Positions 50,935 through 63,310 are shown, counted from the whole stretch's first letter. The stretch: DNA of 63,318 nt, filler included, from Octopus bimaculoides (GCF_001194135.2; 6 parts of 5 records of this genome joined end to end with filler, not necessarily neighbours in it); one strand, 5' to 3'. The notes: a model not told the origin generated them from the sequence alone. Translations and numbers: made by a program.

Positions 50935-51399
50935 AGTGAGTTGTTCTATATGTCAGCGATGAGGAATTATTTACGGATATGTGTCCTCATTTTGTTTATT
51001 GTTACCACTGGTAACAACAAACAAGATGAGGACACATATCCGTCCAAGTCCATTGGTCTGCTAAAATCGTAACTGATTCTGATAGCGCTTAGTGGGACCC
51101 GATCCACAACGATGTGGTTGCGTGGCAAACGTATTAACCACGCGGCTATGCCAACGCCTGATTCTTCGAATTACTATTATTGTGTATTGGTTTTATCATT
51201 ATTTTATGTAGCAAATAACATTTTGAGAATGCGCTACTTTGGAATTGGCTTTGGTTACTGAGTAACAGCATTGTTGCCGCGAGAGCCGCTAAATAAGACA
51301 TAGTTAATGATAGGATAACGATAATTTCAAATAATGTTTCCTTCAGGAGGAGAAATGAAGAACCTTTTTAACCTTCTATGCACATTCAGAAGCGTTCGT

Positions 51400-51836
51400 T
51401 GTATCAAGGGATGGATATAAACTGTGATAGAGAAAAATCGATAGAGAGATATTTAAGGCTGCAATGATTGAAGAAAGAAAATGCTGGGGATTGAGGGTGG
51501 GAGGGAGACAGAAACAGAGAAGTGGAGGAGAGAAGGGGGTGAGGGGGAGAAAGAGAGGAACAGAGACTTGGGAGGCACAGAAGCAGCTGGAAGGGATAGA
51601 GAGAGAAAACGGAGAGAAAAATAGAGTGAGGAGGGGACTAAGAGGAGTATAGAGATGCAGAGAGCATAGAGAGAGAGAAAAGGAGATGAGAAAGAGAGAG
51701 AAAACAGAGCGGGAGAGAAAAAATGGAGACACAGGGAGGGAAACCTGAGATGGGGAGAGAGAAGGAGAGAGGGGGAGGAAGAAGGATAGACAGATAATGA
51801 GATCCAGATAATGAGACAAAGCGAAATAGAGAAGAG

Positions 51837-51885
<49 letters not shown>

Positions 51886-52064
51886 TGAGTGAGAGAAAGG
51901 CAGTGAAAGAAACGGGAAGAAAAGTAAGATAGAGACATAAAAAGACAAATAGTTTGAAATGGAGAGAGAGAGAGAGAGACAGAGAGATAGACAGAGGGAG
52001 ACAGAGAGACAGACAGNNNNNNNNNNAGAGAGAGAGATAGACAGAGAGATAGACAGAGGGAGAC

Positions 52065-52104
<40 letters not shown>

Positions 52105-52200
52105 GGACGGACAGACAGAGGAGGAAGAGAGAGAGAAACAAAAAAAGAAAGAAAAAGAAAAAAAGAGAAAGAGAAAAAAGACAGTGAAAGAGACATAGAA
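51400..52200. repeat. Purine-rich (GA/GACA)n low-complexity field
   Basis: Direct reading. Confidence 0.9.
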
Positions 52201-54533
52201 GATATATATATANNNNNNNNNNNNNNNNNNNNNNNNNNNNNNNNNNNNNNNNNNNNNNNNNNNNNNNNNNNNNNNNNNNNNNNNNNNNNNNNNNNNNNNN
52301 NNNNNNNNNNNNNNNNNNNNNNNNNNNNNNNNNNNNNNNNNNNNNNNNNNNNNNNNNNNNNNNNNNNNNNNNNNNNNNNNNNNNNNNNNNNNNNNNNNNN
52401 NNNNNNNNNNNNNNNNNNNNNNNNNNNNNNNNNNNNNNNNNNNNNNNNNNNNNNNNNNNNNNNNNNNNNNNNNNNNNNNNNNNNNNNNNNNNNNNNNNNN
52501 NNNNNNNNNNNNNNNNNNNNNNNTTTTTTTTTTTTTTTTTTTTTACAATCGTTTCTGTGTAGGTATTTGATACGTGTGGCTTGCTATGGTGGTGTAATAT
52601 ATATGTCAGCATCATCTTGCTTAATGTTCCTGGTTATTTGCTTTGAATTGGAAATTGTAATAATCTTGAACTATTCAATACAAGAAACAAACAAGCGTTG
52701 TAACCTACACCGTGTGTGAGTGTACGAAGTCTGTGAGTGTTCACGTGTGTGTATCTGTGTGTATTTGTGTGTGTGTGTGAGTGTTTATTTATGTTAGATA
52801 TGTGCAAATATACGTCTGTGCATCTGGGCGCGTGTGTGGATGTTCTTGTATGCGCATAGCTATAGGAACGTATACTTATATAGAAAAAATGATTCGGGTT
52901 TGCCTTTCAAGTAAAGTAATGTTACTTCTCAGTTGTATACCTATTTTAAACCTGAAACAGGTATTACGAGTAACTATTCTCTTTTAAAAAAAAACATAAT
53001 GTATAAGTGTGTGCACATATATATATATNNNNNNNNNNNNNNNNNNNNNNNNNNNNNNNNNNNNNNNNNNNNNNNNNNNNNNNNNNNNNNNNNNNNNNNN
53101 NNNNNNNNNNNNNNNNNNNNNNNNNNNNNNNNNNNNNNNNNNNNNNNNNNNNNNNNNNNNNNNNNNNNNNNNNNNNNNNNNNNNNNNNNNNNNNNNNNNN
53201 NNNNNNNNNNNNNNNNNNNNNNNNNNNNNNNNNNNNNNNNNNNNNNNNNNNNNNNNNNNNNNNNNNNNNNNNNNNNNNNNNNNNNNNNNNNNNNNNNNNN
53301 NNNNNNNNNNNNNNNNNNNNNNNNNNNNNNNNNNNNNNNNNNNNNNNNNNNNNNNNNNNNNNNNNNNNNNNNNNNNNNNNNNNNNNNNNNNNNNNNNNNN
53401 NNNNNNNNNNNNNNNNNNNNNNNNNNNNNNNNNNNNNNNNNNNNNNNNNNNNNNNNNNNNNNNNNNNNNNNNNNNNNNNNNNNNNNNNNNNNNNNNNATA
53501 TATATATATATATATATACGTACATATGTAGGTATAGACATATGCATGCATGCATGTAAAAATCTTCATGTGTTTATAAGTGCATGCCTGCAAGACTATG
53601 GTGCTAACCTTATAAACAAGTGCACATGTTGCCAATTTAGAATAAATAGCAAAAGCGTAGCCGCGAAGTCAAAGTCTTTTCATATGATTTCCTTGAAATA
53701 CACGCGCTAACGTATAAAGGTCAAAGTATAATTACCGACGTACTACTGCTACATGCCAAAGATCAGTGTTGTTAGATATCTGTAAACAGTAAAACTACAT
53801 CGTGACAAATGCACCTTTATAATTATTAACAAATCGTTGCACTTGGAAAGTGAAGCTGTAGTTCATATCTAACATTACGAAGAATTCTGCATGTCAAACC
53901 TTAATTAACAGTTACCCTCCAACTAAATTTTCTATTCAATTACATAGGAATGGAAGTAGTGAGTGGTTATAATCCACAGGATCACGAAGACATCACTGGA
54001 AAACACCGTCTTTATCTTAGTGTATCTCGGGAAAGAAAGCTTTGGTAGAAATAATGATAATGTAAGAATTTTGGCATGTGAAATGAGATAAAGATTGAAG
54101 TTAACGAAACACTTGTCGATGTTTTAATATTCATTGGATGCGTATTACGATGGTTGTGAACCAAAGTGACATACAATCTTCAACAAGATGAACAGAACTT
54201 GAGTGATAAATTCCTTCAGCAGAAAAATAGCACTGCACAAACCATATGGCCTGCAGACTAGTAACCTATCATTTTAGTGAGAATATGTAATGAGGGATGG
54301 CTAGACTGAAGTGGAAGGTTTTAGAGAAGCATGGAACATTTATTCTTGCAATCAACTATGGAAGCTTTCCCATTCGTTATGTGTTGATACGTTTTAGTTA
54401 GCAAGATATCAACCCGAATATCTAATTTTGATTTTCTGGAATGAATTAAGATTTCAGTTTGTATGAAACAACTCATATGTGATTCAAGGGCAATCCAGTT
54501 CAACCATATTCAATAAATATGTTATATAAATAC

Positions 54534-54606
<73 letters not shown>

Positions 54607-54834
54607 AGTGTGTGTGCAATGAATGTGCGTGCGCGTGTGTATGTGTATGTTGTAGAGGCGTACAAATTCAAATAAGAGTGAGATTAGTTAAAGCCAGGAC
54701 ATAGAAGAAGTATATCCTACAAACTACATTGTTATTAAAGTGAATATTAATTCGGTGAACATAGAAAGATTTAGTCTACGGCGGCACTAACTAAATTCAA
54801 CGACGAAAATAGTGGAAATATATGAATGAGGCAG

Positions 54835-55005
54835 GACGGTGAGCAGGCAGAATCGTTAACACGCCGGGCAAAATATGTTGCGGCGTTTCATCCGCCATTA
54901 CGTTCTAAGTTCAAATACCGCCAAGGTCGAATTTGCCTCTCATTCTTTTGAAGTCGATTAAATAAGGAGCAGTTGAGCACTAGGGTCAACGTAACAGAAT
55001 TACTC
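54835..55005 (+). mobile_element. SINE S2, 3'-truncated
   Basis: GGACGGTGAGCAGGCAGAATCGTTAACACGCCGGGC...GTTCAAATACCGCCAAGGTCG. Confidence 0.82.
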
Positions 55006-55053
55006 GGAATCTTGGGGTTAGTAGCCCGCGCTCTTAACCACTACGCCATATGC
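55005..55053 (-). mobile_element. tRNA-like SINE head fragment
   Basis: Reverse complement GGCATATGGCGTAGTGGTTAAGAGCGCGGGCTACTAACCCCAAGATTCCG (box A, D-arm-like). Confidence 0.6.
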
Positions 55054-55104
55054 CCGTGGGAAATTATGGAGTGAATTTTAGGGCTTATAAATCTAATATT
55101 TTCC

Positions 55105-55712
55105 TAGTGTTTAATTTCCATCATCCATACAGTGTAAAGAGAGGGATTGCTCAGTGCCTAAAACATCGAGCAAAGAATGTAAGTAGCGATCGTGATACCC
55201 ACCACGAAGAAATGATCAAGCTCAGTAACAATCTATTACGCAACAACTACCCCAAAAGTATACTATCCACTCCAATTGTGAAGAAAAGAGAGAATGAAAC
55301 CAAAAGACTTCCACTGTCTGTCTACCCTTTGTGAAAGGCCTCTTCGAAAAAGATACAAAAGATATGCAGCTCATATGACATCAGGACAGTATTCAAGAGT
55401 AATACAACACTTCACAAATATCTCCTTCGATGACCAAAGACTGCGTGTACTCCATGCCATGCAGCTGTGGTATGTTATACAAAGGCGAAACATGTCACCC
55501 CCTCAAAATAAGGGTAGAGGAACATCGCAAAGCTGTGACACGAGGAGATATTGATAAATTGGGTATAGTTGATCACGTATGAAAAAATGGAGACCACCTT
55601 CCCTTGTGGGATGAGGTTAAAATAATAGACAGAGAACACCATTGGAAAATACAAAAAGTAAAAGAAGCAGCACATATGCTAGGACACAGGAACCTCCTAA
55701 GCAGACCGAGTG
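55105..55712 (+). mobile_element. Penelope-like element fragment: RT C-terminus plus GIY-YIG endonuclease
   Basis: FHHPYSVKRGIAQCLKHRAKNVSS...NNYPKSI; VCLPFVKGLFEKIQKICSSYDIRTVFK; DCVYSMPCSCGMLYKGETCHPLKIRVEEHRKAV...DHV*...WDEVKIIDREHHWKIQKVKEA. Confidence 0.93.
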
Positions 55713-55713
55713 C

Positions 55714-55755
<42 letters not shown>

Positions 55756-55871
55756 GTTTCGTGCCCTCGTATATTTCTTTGTCGCTTTGCTGTAAAACGT
55801 ATTTCCTTAATTTTTTTATATACATATATGTCTGTATGTGTGTGTGTGTATAATGTATGTATAAATGTATG

Positions 55872-56135
55872 TATTTATTTATTTATTTATTTATGTGTTT
55901 CAGCCAAGTGGCTGCGGTCATGCTGGTGCACCACCGTGATTTTCACGTTCCTTGCATGGCTCTTCTCCCCCACCTGACATGGTCCAATCAAGAGTTTTGA
56001 TGGCACATCTGGTGTATAAGAGAATTTGACATAGCTGCCCTAAACTGCGTCTCATTACGAGCCATTGGTTCGTCTGGTATCGTGGAGAGGAAAGCGTCAA
56101 GTTTTGTCTTGAAGACCTCCGCATCCATGTCTTGC
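55872..56135 (-). mobile_element. 3' end of a CR1/L2-like LINE (ORF2 C-terminus, 3' UTR, (AAAT)n tail)
   Basis: Minus-strand QDMDAEVFKTKLDAFLSTIPDEP..RAAMSNSLIHQ, then UTR ending GGTGGTGCACCAGCATGACCGCAGCCACTTGGCTGAAACAC(ATAA)n. Confidence 0.8.
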
Positions 56136-56239
56136 NNNNNNNNNNNNNNNNNNNNNNNNNNNNNNNNNNNNNNNNNNNNTTAATTAATTAANNNNNNNNN
56201 NNNNNNNNNNNNNNNNNNNNNNNNNNNNNNNNNNNATGA

Positions 56240-56400
56240 TTGGGTGTTTACGTCCCCGTAACTTAGCGGTTCGGCAAAAATACTCGATAGAATAAGTACC
56301 AGGCTTACAAAGAACAAGTCCTGTAGTTGATTTTTTCGATTAAAGGCAGTGCTCCAGCATGAGCGCAGTCAAATGACTGGAACAAGTAAAAGAATAAAAG
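56240..56400 (+). mobile_element. SINE S1 3' half
   Basis: GTTTACGTCCCCGTAACTTAGCGGTTCGGC...GCAGTCAAATGACTGGAACAAGTAAAAGA. Confidence 0.9.
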
Positions 56401-56406
56401 AATATG

Positions 56407-56442
<36 letters not shown>

Positions 56443-56445
<3 letters not shown>

Positions 56446-56618
56446 CATTTGACTGCGGCCATGGTGGAGCATCGACTTAGTCGAACAAATCAACCCCAAG
56501 ACTTATTTTTCAAACCTAATACTTATTGTATCATCACTTTTGCTGAACCGCTAGGCTACGGAGACATAAACACACTAACACCGGTTGTTAAGCGTTGATA
56601 GGGGTGACAAACACAAAG

Positions 56619-56660
<42 letters not shown>

Positions 56661-56812
56661 CTATATCTATATATACGAAGGGCTTATTTCAGTTTCGCTC
56701 ACCAATCCACTCACAAGGCTTTCGTCGGCCCAAGGCTATAGTAGAAAACAGTTGCCCAAGGTGCCCAGCAATGGGACTGAACTCGTAACCATGTGGTTGG
56801 GGGGCAAGCTTC
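56443..56812 (-). mobile_element. SINE S1, tail-to-tail with the previous copy
   Basis: GTCATTTGACTGCGGCCATGG...CCAATCCACTCACAAGGCTTT...GGGACTGAACTC. Confidence 0.9.
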
Positions 56813-57213
56813 ATTGCTTTTATTATAACCTTAATATATGGCTATATGTTAGGAAATATAGTAAGGTAAGATGATAGACAGACAGACAGATAGATAGATA
56901 GATAGATAGATACATTCATACATATATACATACATATATATTATATATATATACATTGTGTGTGTGTGTGTGTGTGTGCAAGTCCGAGTGGCTTTGTAAA
57001 CGCATAGACAAGCAGCGTCAAATATTTGTAAACACGAATCTGACGCATAACGAAGGACGTGACCTGGTGTAATCGAAAACTGAACTCTGCATGTCTAGTT
57101 TCAAGTTTGCAAATTTGAAACCGTCAACATTATACACACGCAAAAGCACACGCACACAAGCACAAACACACACACGCGCGCGCGCGCGCTCACTTGCACG
57201 CAAACGCACACGC

Positions 57214-57277
<64 letters not shown>

Positions 57278-57661
57278 GTAGATAGGTAGGTAGATAGATA
57301 GATATCTTTTTATTATGGCCACACAGGGCTAAATACAGAAAATGGACAAAATACAATGTAGAGCTTTTCTTTTGGGGGACAAAAAAAAAAAAAAAGGGAA
57401 GGGTGGTAGAATTTCGATCAAAAGGGATCGTGAAAAAAAAATTGATAGATAGATAGATAGATAGNNNNNNNNNNNNNNNNNNNNNNNNNNNNNNNNNNNN
57501 NNNNNNNNNNNNNNNNNNNNNNNNNNNNNNNNNNNNNNNNNNNNNNNNNNNNNNNNNNNNNNNAAAAAAAAAAAAAAGGGAAGGGTGGTAGAATTTCGAT
57601 CAAAAGGGATCGTGAAAAAAAAATTGATAGATAGATAGATAGACAGGCAAACAGAGTAGAG

Positions 57662-57706
<45 letters not shown>

Positions 57707-58156
57707 GAGACGGACAGACAGACATGACATGCGGCATGTATGTCGGTTTTTTGTCTTTTTGCATCTTTTATATTTTACTTCAGACATTAGACTGGGGCCA
57801 AATATACATCATATATTACACACACACACACACACATACACACATTCACACATACAAACAGATACACACGTTAAAATGTTGTGGGCGGTCGTTAATAGTT
57901 TATAATTAGCCACACCAGACCTATTACAAAGGTGCATATTGTCCTGCTTATAGTCTCTTGTGCATTAATCTGCTTATTTATATTTATTTTTTTATTCGCA
58001 TTTTTAATTATTTTATTCCTATTTTGTGTTAATTTTGAGGAGCTTTTTTTAATTTTATATTTTATTGTAACCTTTGTTGTCGTTTTTTGTATGTAAAACA
58101 GTTGTATGTACTGAACAATATTCATGCGATATAGATATGGAGATATGAATTTATAT

Positions 58157-58985
58157 CGCAGGAGTGGCTGCTTGGTAAGAAGCCTGCTTCCCAATCACAT
58201 GATTCTCAGTTCAGTCCTACTTCGTGGCACCTTTGCTATGTGTCATTTGATATAGCTTCGGGCCGACCAAAGTCTTGTGAGTTGATTTGGAAGACGGAAA
58301 GTGGAAGAAGCTTGATGTATGTGTGTGTGTGCGTATACATACATACATATNNNNNNNNNNNNNNNNNNNNNNNNNNNNNNNNNNNNNNNNNNNNNNNNNN
58401 NNNNNNNNNNNNNNNNNNNNNNNNNNNNNNNNNNNNNNNNNNNNNNNNNNNNNNNNNNNNNNNNNNNNNNNNNNNNNNNNNNNNNNNNNNNNNNNNNNNN
58501 NNNNNNNNNNNNNNNNNNNNNNNNNNNNNNNNNNNNNNNNNNNNNNNNNNNNNNNNNNNNNNNNNNNNNNNNNNNNNNNNNNNNNNNNNNNNNNNNNNNN
58601 NNNNNNNNNNNNNNNNNNNNNNNNNNNNNNNNNNNNNNNNNNNNNNNTATATATATGTCTCTGTGTGTGTGTATATATATATATAGAATATATATATATG
58701 CATGTATATATATACACGTATATGTATATATATCTATGTATATGTGTCTTTGTGTCTGCGTTTGTCCCCCCCCCCATCACTATTTGACAACCGGTGTTGG
58801 TTTTTTTCATGTCCCCGAAACACAGAGGTGCGGTTAAAGGGACAAAAATGTTCTGAGAGACCGATAGAATAAGTACTAGGCTTACAAAGAATAAGCCCTG
58901 GGGTTCGATTTGATTCGACTAAAGGCGGTGCTCCAGCATGGCCGCAGTCAAATGACTGAAACAAGTAAAAGAGTAAAAGAGTAAT
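58157..58985 (+). mobile_element. SINE S1 with a gap in its internal microsatellite
   Basis: CGCAGGAGTGGCTGC head; tail GGCGGTGCTCCAGCATGGCCGCAGTCAAATGACTGAAACAAG(TAAAAGAG)n. Confidence 0.93.
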
Positions 58986-59391
58986 CGAGTTAACCCGACG
59001 AAGGACAAAAAATAAAACTATGAAGATCACACGATTTGTGAGGCATAGCAGCGAAATGTTACTTAAAACAGTCGACCCACCACCACGACCNNNNNNNNNN
59101 CACCACCACGACCACCACCACCACTAGTGTCTTATATAAAGAGAGGATATTTTAGATAATATCTTAGAAGTCCTACATAGATATAAAACGGCTGGACGCT
59201 CTGGGATGGTCACAGTTTTTTTAATGTCAGTTGATTATAACGCCGGTACCTTTTCAAGGTTGACCTAAGCTGAACAACAACGTGTGCTCGAATTTACGTG
59301 TGTGTGTGTGTGGTTGCTTATAAAAATTATATAGAGAGAAACAGTTATAGATATATGAAATGATATAATGTACGTATGTATGTATATTTGA

Positions 59392-59422
<31 letters not shown>

Positions 59423-59759
59423 TATGCATGTATGTGTTTGTGTAATGTATGAATGTATATAATACCTTTGATGGGTACAAATAGCTTTTGTCACAAACAT
59501 ACATACATTAAGCAGTCACACACACACACACACAATTTTACATTTATGTACACCAGATACACGCAAGTACCTATATACACACATTTATAATTATGTATAT
59601 ACACAGAGAGAATATCTCTCTCTCCCTTTCTCTCTCTCTCTCTCTCTCTCTCACGCATACACACACACACACACATATACACGTGCGGAATCTCTCTCTC
59701 TCTCACATACACACACACACACACACATGCACACACACACACATGTGGTGGGGGTGGCG

Positions 59760-59878
59760 GGTCGTGGTCGTGGTCGTGGTGATGGATGGTAATTACGATT
59801 ACGATGATGATGATGATGATGATAGGTGTTGATGATGATGATGATGATGATAATTACGATGTTGATTACGACGACGAC

Positions 59879-59929
<51 letters not shown>

Positions 59930-59930
59930 A
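59760..59930. repeat. (GTC/GAT/GAC)n trinucleotide tract
   Basis: Direct reading. Confidence 0.93.
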
Positions 59931-60955
59931 TATATGTGTATTTCGTCTCACGCTAAGAAGCGGAGCACGGTAAATTCTCGATTCGAGTCAAATTGCGTTT
60001 CCTTACAAACNNNNNNNNNNNNNNNNNNNNNNNNNNNNNNNNNNNNNNNNNNNNNNNNNNNNNNNNNNNNNNNNNNNNNNNNNNNNNNNNNNNNNNNNNN
60101 NNNNNNNNNNNNNNNNNNNNNNNNNNNNNNNNNNNNNNNNNNNNNNNNNNNNNNNNNNNNNNNNNNNNNNNNNNNNNNNNNNNNNNNNNNNNNNNNNNNN
60201 NNNNNNNNNNNNNNNNNNNNNNNNNNNNNNNNNNNNNNNNNNNNNNNNNNNNNNNNNNNNNNNNNNNNNNNNNNNNNNNNNNNNNNNNNNNNNNNNNNNN
60301 NNNNNNNNNNNNNNNNNNNNNNNNNNNNNNNNNNNNNNNNNNNNNNNNNNNNNNNNNNNNNNNNNNNNNNNNNNNNNNNNNNNNNNNNNNNNNNNNNNNN
60401 NNNNNNNNNNNNNNNNNNNNNNNNNNNNNNNNNNNNNNNNNNNNNNNNNNNNNNNNNNNNNNNNNNNNNNNNNNNNNNNNNNNNNNNNNNNNNNNNNNNN
60501 NNNNNNNNNNNNNNNNNNNNNNNNNNNNNNNNNNNNNNNNNNNNNNNNNNNNNNNNNNNNNNNNNNNNNNNNNNNNNNNNNNNNNNNNNNNNNNNNNNNN
60601 NNNNNNNNNNNNNNNNNNNNNNNNNNNNNNNNNNNNNNNNNNNNNNNNNNNNNNNNNNNNNNNNNNNNNNNNNNNNNNNNNNNNNNNNNNNNNNNNNNNN
60701 NNNNNNNNNNNNNNNNNNNNNNNNNNNNNNNNNNNNNNNNNNNNNNNNNNNNNNNNNNNNNNNNNNNNNNNNNNNNNNNNNNNNNNNNNNNNNNNNNNNN
60801 NNNNNNNNNNNNNNNNNNNNNNNNNNNNNNNNNNNNNNNNNNNNNNNNNNNNNNNNNNNNNNNNNNNNNNNNNNNNNNNNNNNNGTGTGGCTGTCTATTT
60901 GGATGTCTTTCTGTCTGTATAAGATAAATAGAATAGAAAAGACAGACAGAAAGAC

Positions 60956-61024
<69 letters not shown>

Positions 61025-61334
61025 AATAGATAGATAGATCATGTGCGGAGGATGCCACGTCGATGACGGAGTGGACAAAGCGACAGTCATAACGATTGAT
61101 GGGTATGTAAAAACGGTCGAGACGGAAGCAATGTAAACACATTAGAAAGAAGCACTTCTTTGCGGCCACGAGGCCATACACACATTCATAAACATGCACG
61201 CGCACTTCCCAACTCTACAGATATATACATACATTTAGGAGCATACATAGATACATACATACATTTAGGAGCGAATGCACGCTTGACATATATCTTCAAA
61301 CAAACAGCCACATAATTATACATACATGCATACA

Positions 61335-61364
<30 letters not shown>

Positions 61365-61365
<1 letters not shown>

Positions 61366-61580
61366 GGGAGAATTTACGAAAAAAAACAACAACAGACGAG
61401 GACAGGTGGTGTAGACAACAAAAGGATGTATTAGTTTAACGCTCGGGAATAGAGAAAGTCTTTAACGTTTCGAGCTAAGCTCTTCAACAGAAAGGAACAC
61501 AGAAAGAAATAAGGAGAGAAACAAGGAGAAAAAAATATATAAATGTAGTGGTCAGCGATCTATCATGGCGAATGCCAAAC
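61365..61580 (-). mobile_element. Penelope-type terminal repeat fragment containing a hammerhead-like motif (61460-61494)
   Basis: Reverse complement CTTT-CTGTTGA-A-GAGC-TTA-GCTC-GAAA-CG-TT-AAAG; homologue at 510-700. Confidence 0.5.
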
Positions 61581-61589
61581 ATAAATGTT

Positions 61590-62060
61590 CCAGTGAAGAC
61601 CTCAATGTAAAATGTAAGCACAACAGACCTGATATAATGATTTGGGATTGAGATGAGAAACTGTGCGCAGCATACATACATACATCAATGAAAAGAGAAT
61701 ACCTCTGCTGAACTATCGAGAAATCTGTAGTTACTTTATCCAGATNNNNNNNNNNACTATCGAGAAATCTGTAGTTACTTTATCCAGATTACAAGTTCAG
61801 GTTTATACCTGTAATTATTGGGGCCTTGGGATATGTAACACACTGCCTAAAACCAATCTTTAGAAATTAGGTTTCTCAAAACCTGATAAGAGAAAGCTGA
61901 TTCGAAGACTACACATATCCAATCCATCACTGGAACTGTAAAAATCTGTAAAACATTTCAGAAGTTTATCATTTAAATATACATGAGCATGTCTAGATAT
62001 GCAACTATATGCACGAGAATACATACGTAAAACAAAGCATACAAATCTGCACATACATAC
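61590..62060 (+). mobile_element. 3' end of an R4-like element (RLE, 3' UTR, (CATA)n tail), homologous to the 41.7-44.4 kb element
   Basis: VKCKHNRPDIMIWD*DEKLC ... YPDYKFRFIPVIIGALGYVTHCLK...SITGTVKICKTFQKFII*, then UTR and (CATA)n. Confidence 0.88.
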
Positions 62061-62502
62061 ATACATACATACAAAAATACCTTGTTGATGTTGAAATTCC
62101 AATGAAAGAGCCTTGGATCTAGGTTAGAAACCGGTTCTTTCTCTATTGGTAAGAAATCTTGAAATAAAACTGAACAATGACATACATACATACATGCCAG
62201 AATTTCTGTATAAAATCAGATTTTAAAATCAAAATCTTGATGGGAGGCAGTTGGATACAGTGAGTGAAGGATGCTATAGTTTTGGTTTCGGAAGACTGAT
62301 CATGATGATGTTGATGGTGATGTATCAGCCGGAGTTTTAGGGGTAAACCAAAGTGAGCACTCATAGTATATACCTATTGCATTACGTCAGTTGACGAAAA
62401 CTTCTGGTATATACTCTATGTATGTATGTATGTATGTATGGATGGATGGATGAACGAACATACGTACGTGTGTACGTACGTATATATGTATGTACGTATA
62501 TA

Positions 62503-62735
62503 CAGGGCGGCGAGCTGGCAGAATAGTTAGCGCGCCGGGCGAAATGCTTAGCGGTATTTCGTCTGTCTTCACATTCTGAGTTCAAATTCCGCTGAGGTCG
62601 ACTTTGTCTTTCATCCTTTCGGGGTCGATTAAATAAGTACCAGTTACACACTGGAGTCGATGTAATCGACTTTACCTCTTTGTCTGTCCTTGTTTGTCCC
62701 CTCTATATTTAGCCCCCTGTGGGCAATAAAGAAAT
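62503..62735 (+). mobile_element. SINE S2 (tail C), well preserved
   Basis: GGGCGGCGAGCTGGCAGAATAGTTAGC...GAGTTCAAATTCCGCTGAGGTCGAC...AGCCCCCTGTGGGCAATAAAGAAATA. Confidence 0.93.
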
Positions 62736-63274
62736 ATATGTACGTATGTATGTATGTATGTACGNNNNNNNNNNNNNNNNNNNNNNNNNNNNNNNNNNNN
62801 NNNNNNNNNNNNNNNNNNNNNNNNNNNNNNNNNNNNNNNNNNNNNNNNNNNNNNNNNNNNNNNNNNNNNTATGTGTACGTACTTACGTACGTATACATGT
62901 ACGCACGTATGTATGTAAGAATGAATGAATGTATGTATCTACGTAGTACGTACGTATATCTGTCTGTCTGTATCTATGCATGCATGTATGTATGTATGCA
63001 TGCATGTATGTATGTATGTATGTATGTATGTACGTATGTATGTATGCATCGAGTCGACCTAAGGCATGTGAGTAAAATTGCAGTCAGCAGAGAAGGAAAC
63101 GAAGTGAAATCTGGTTGTTTGGGCAACACCTATGATTTGAAGGTTTAAGCCTTGTCACGGAATGTCACGTGAACATTGTCACAAGAAAATGTTCACGTTG
63201 CAATTGTCTGTACTCTCTGAACTCTATAATTCACTGGATGAAGTGAACTGAAGCAGAAACGCATCGCTCAAACA

Positions 63275-63310
<36 letters not shown>

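Noticed and set aside
61712-61790. Direct repeat ACTATCGAGAAATCTGTAGTTACTTTATCCAGAT on both sides of a 10-N gap (similar at 19296-19420, 57380-57640 and 59078-59115)
   Set aside because: Duplications flanking gaps are unmerged contig overlaps.
62503-62600. SINE heads with A/B boxes as tRNA genes
   Set aside because: No complete cloverleaf; each continues into SINE body sequence.
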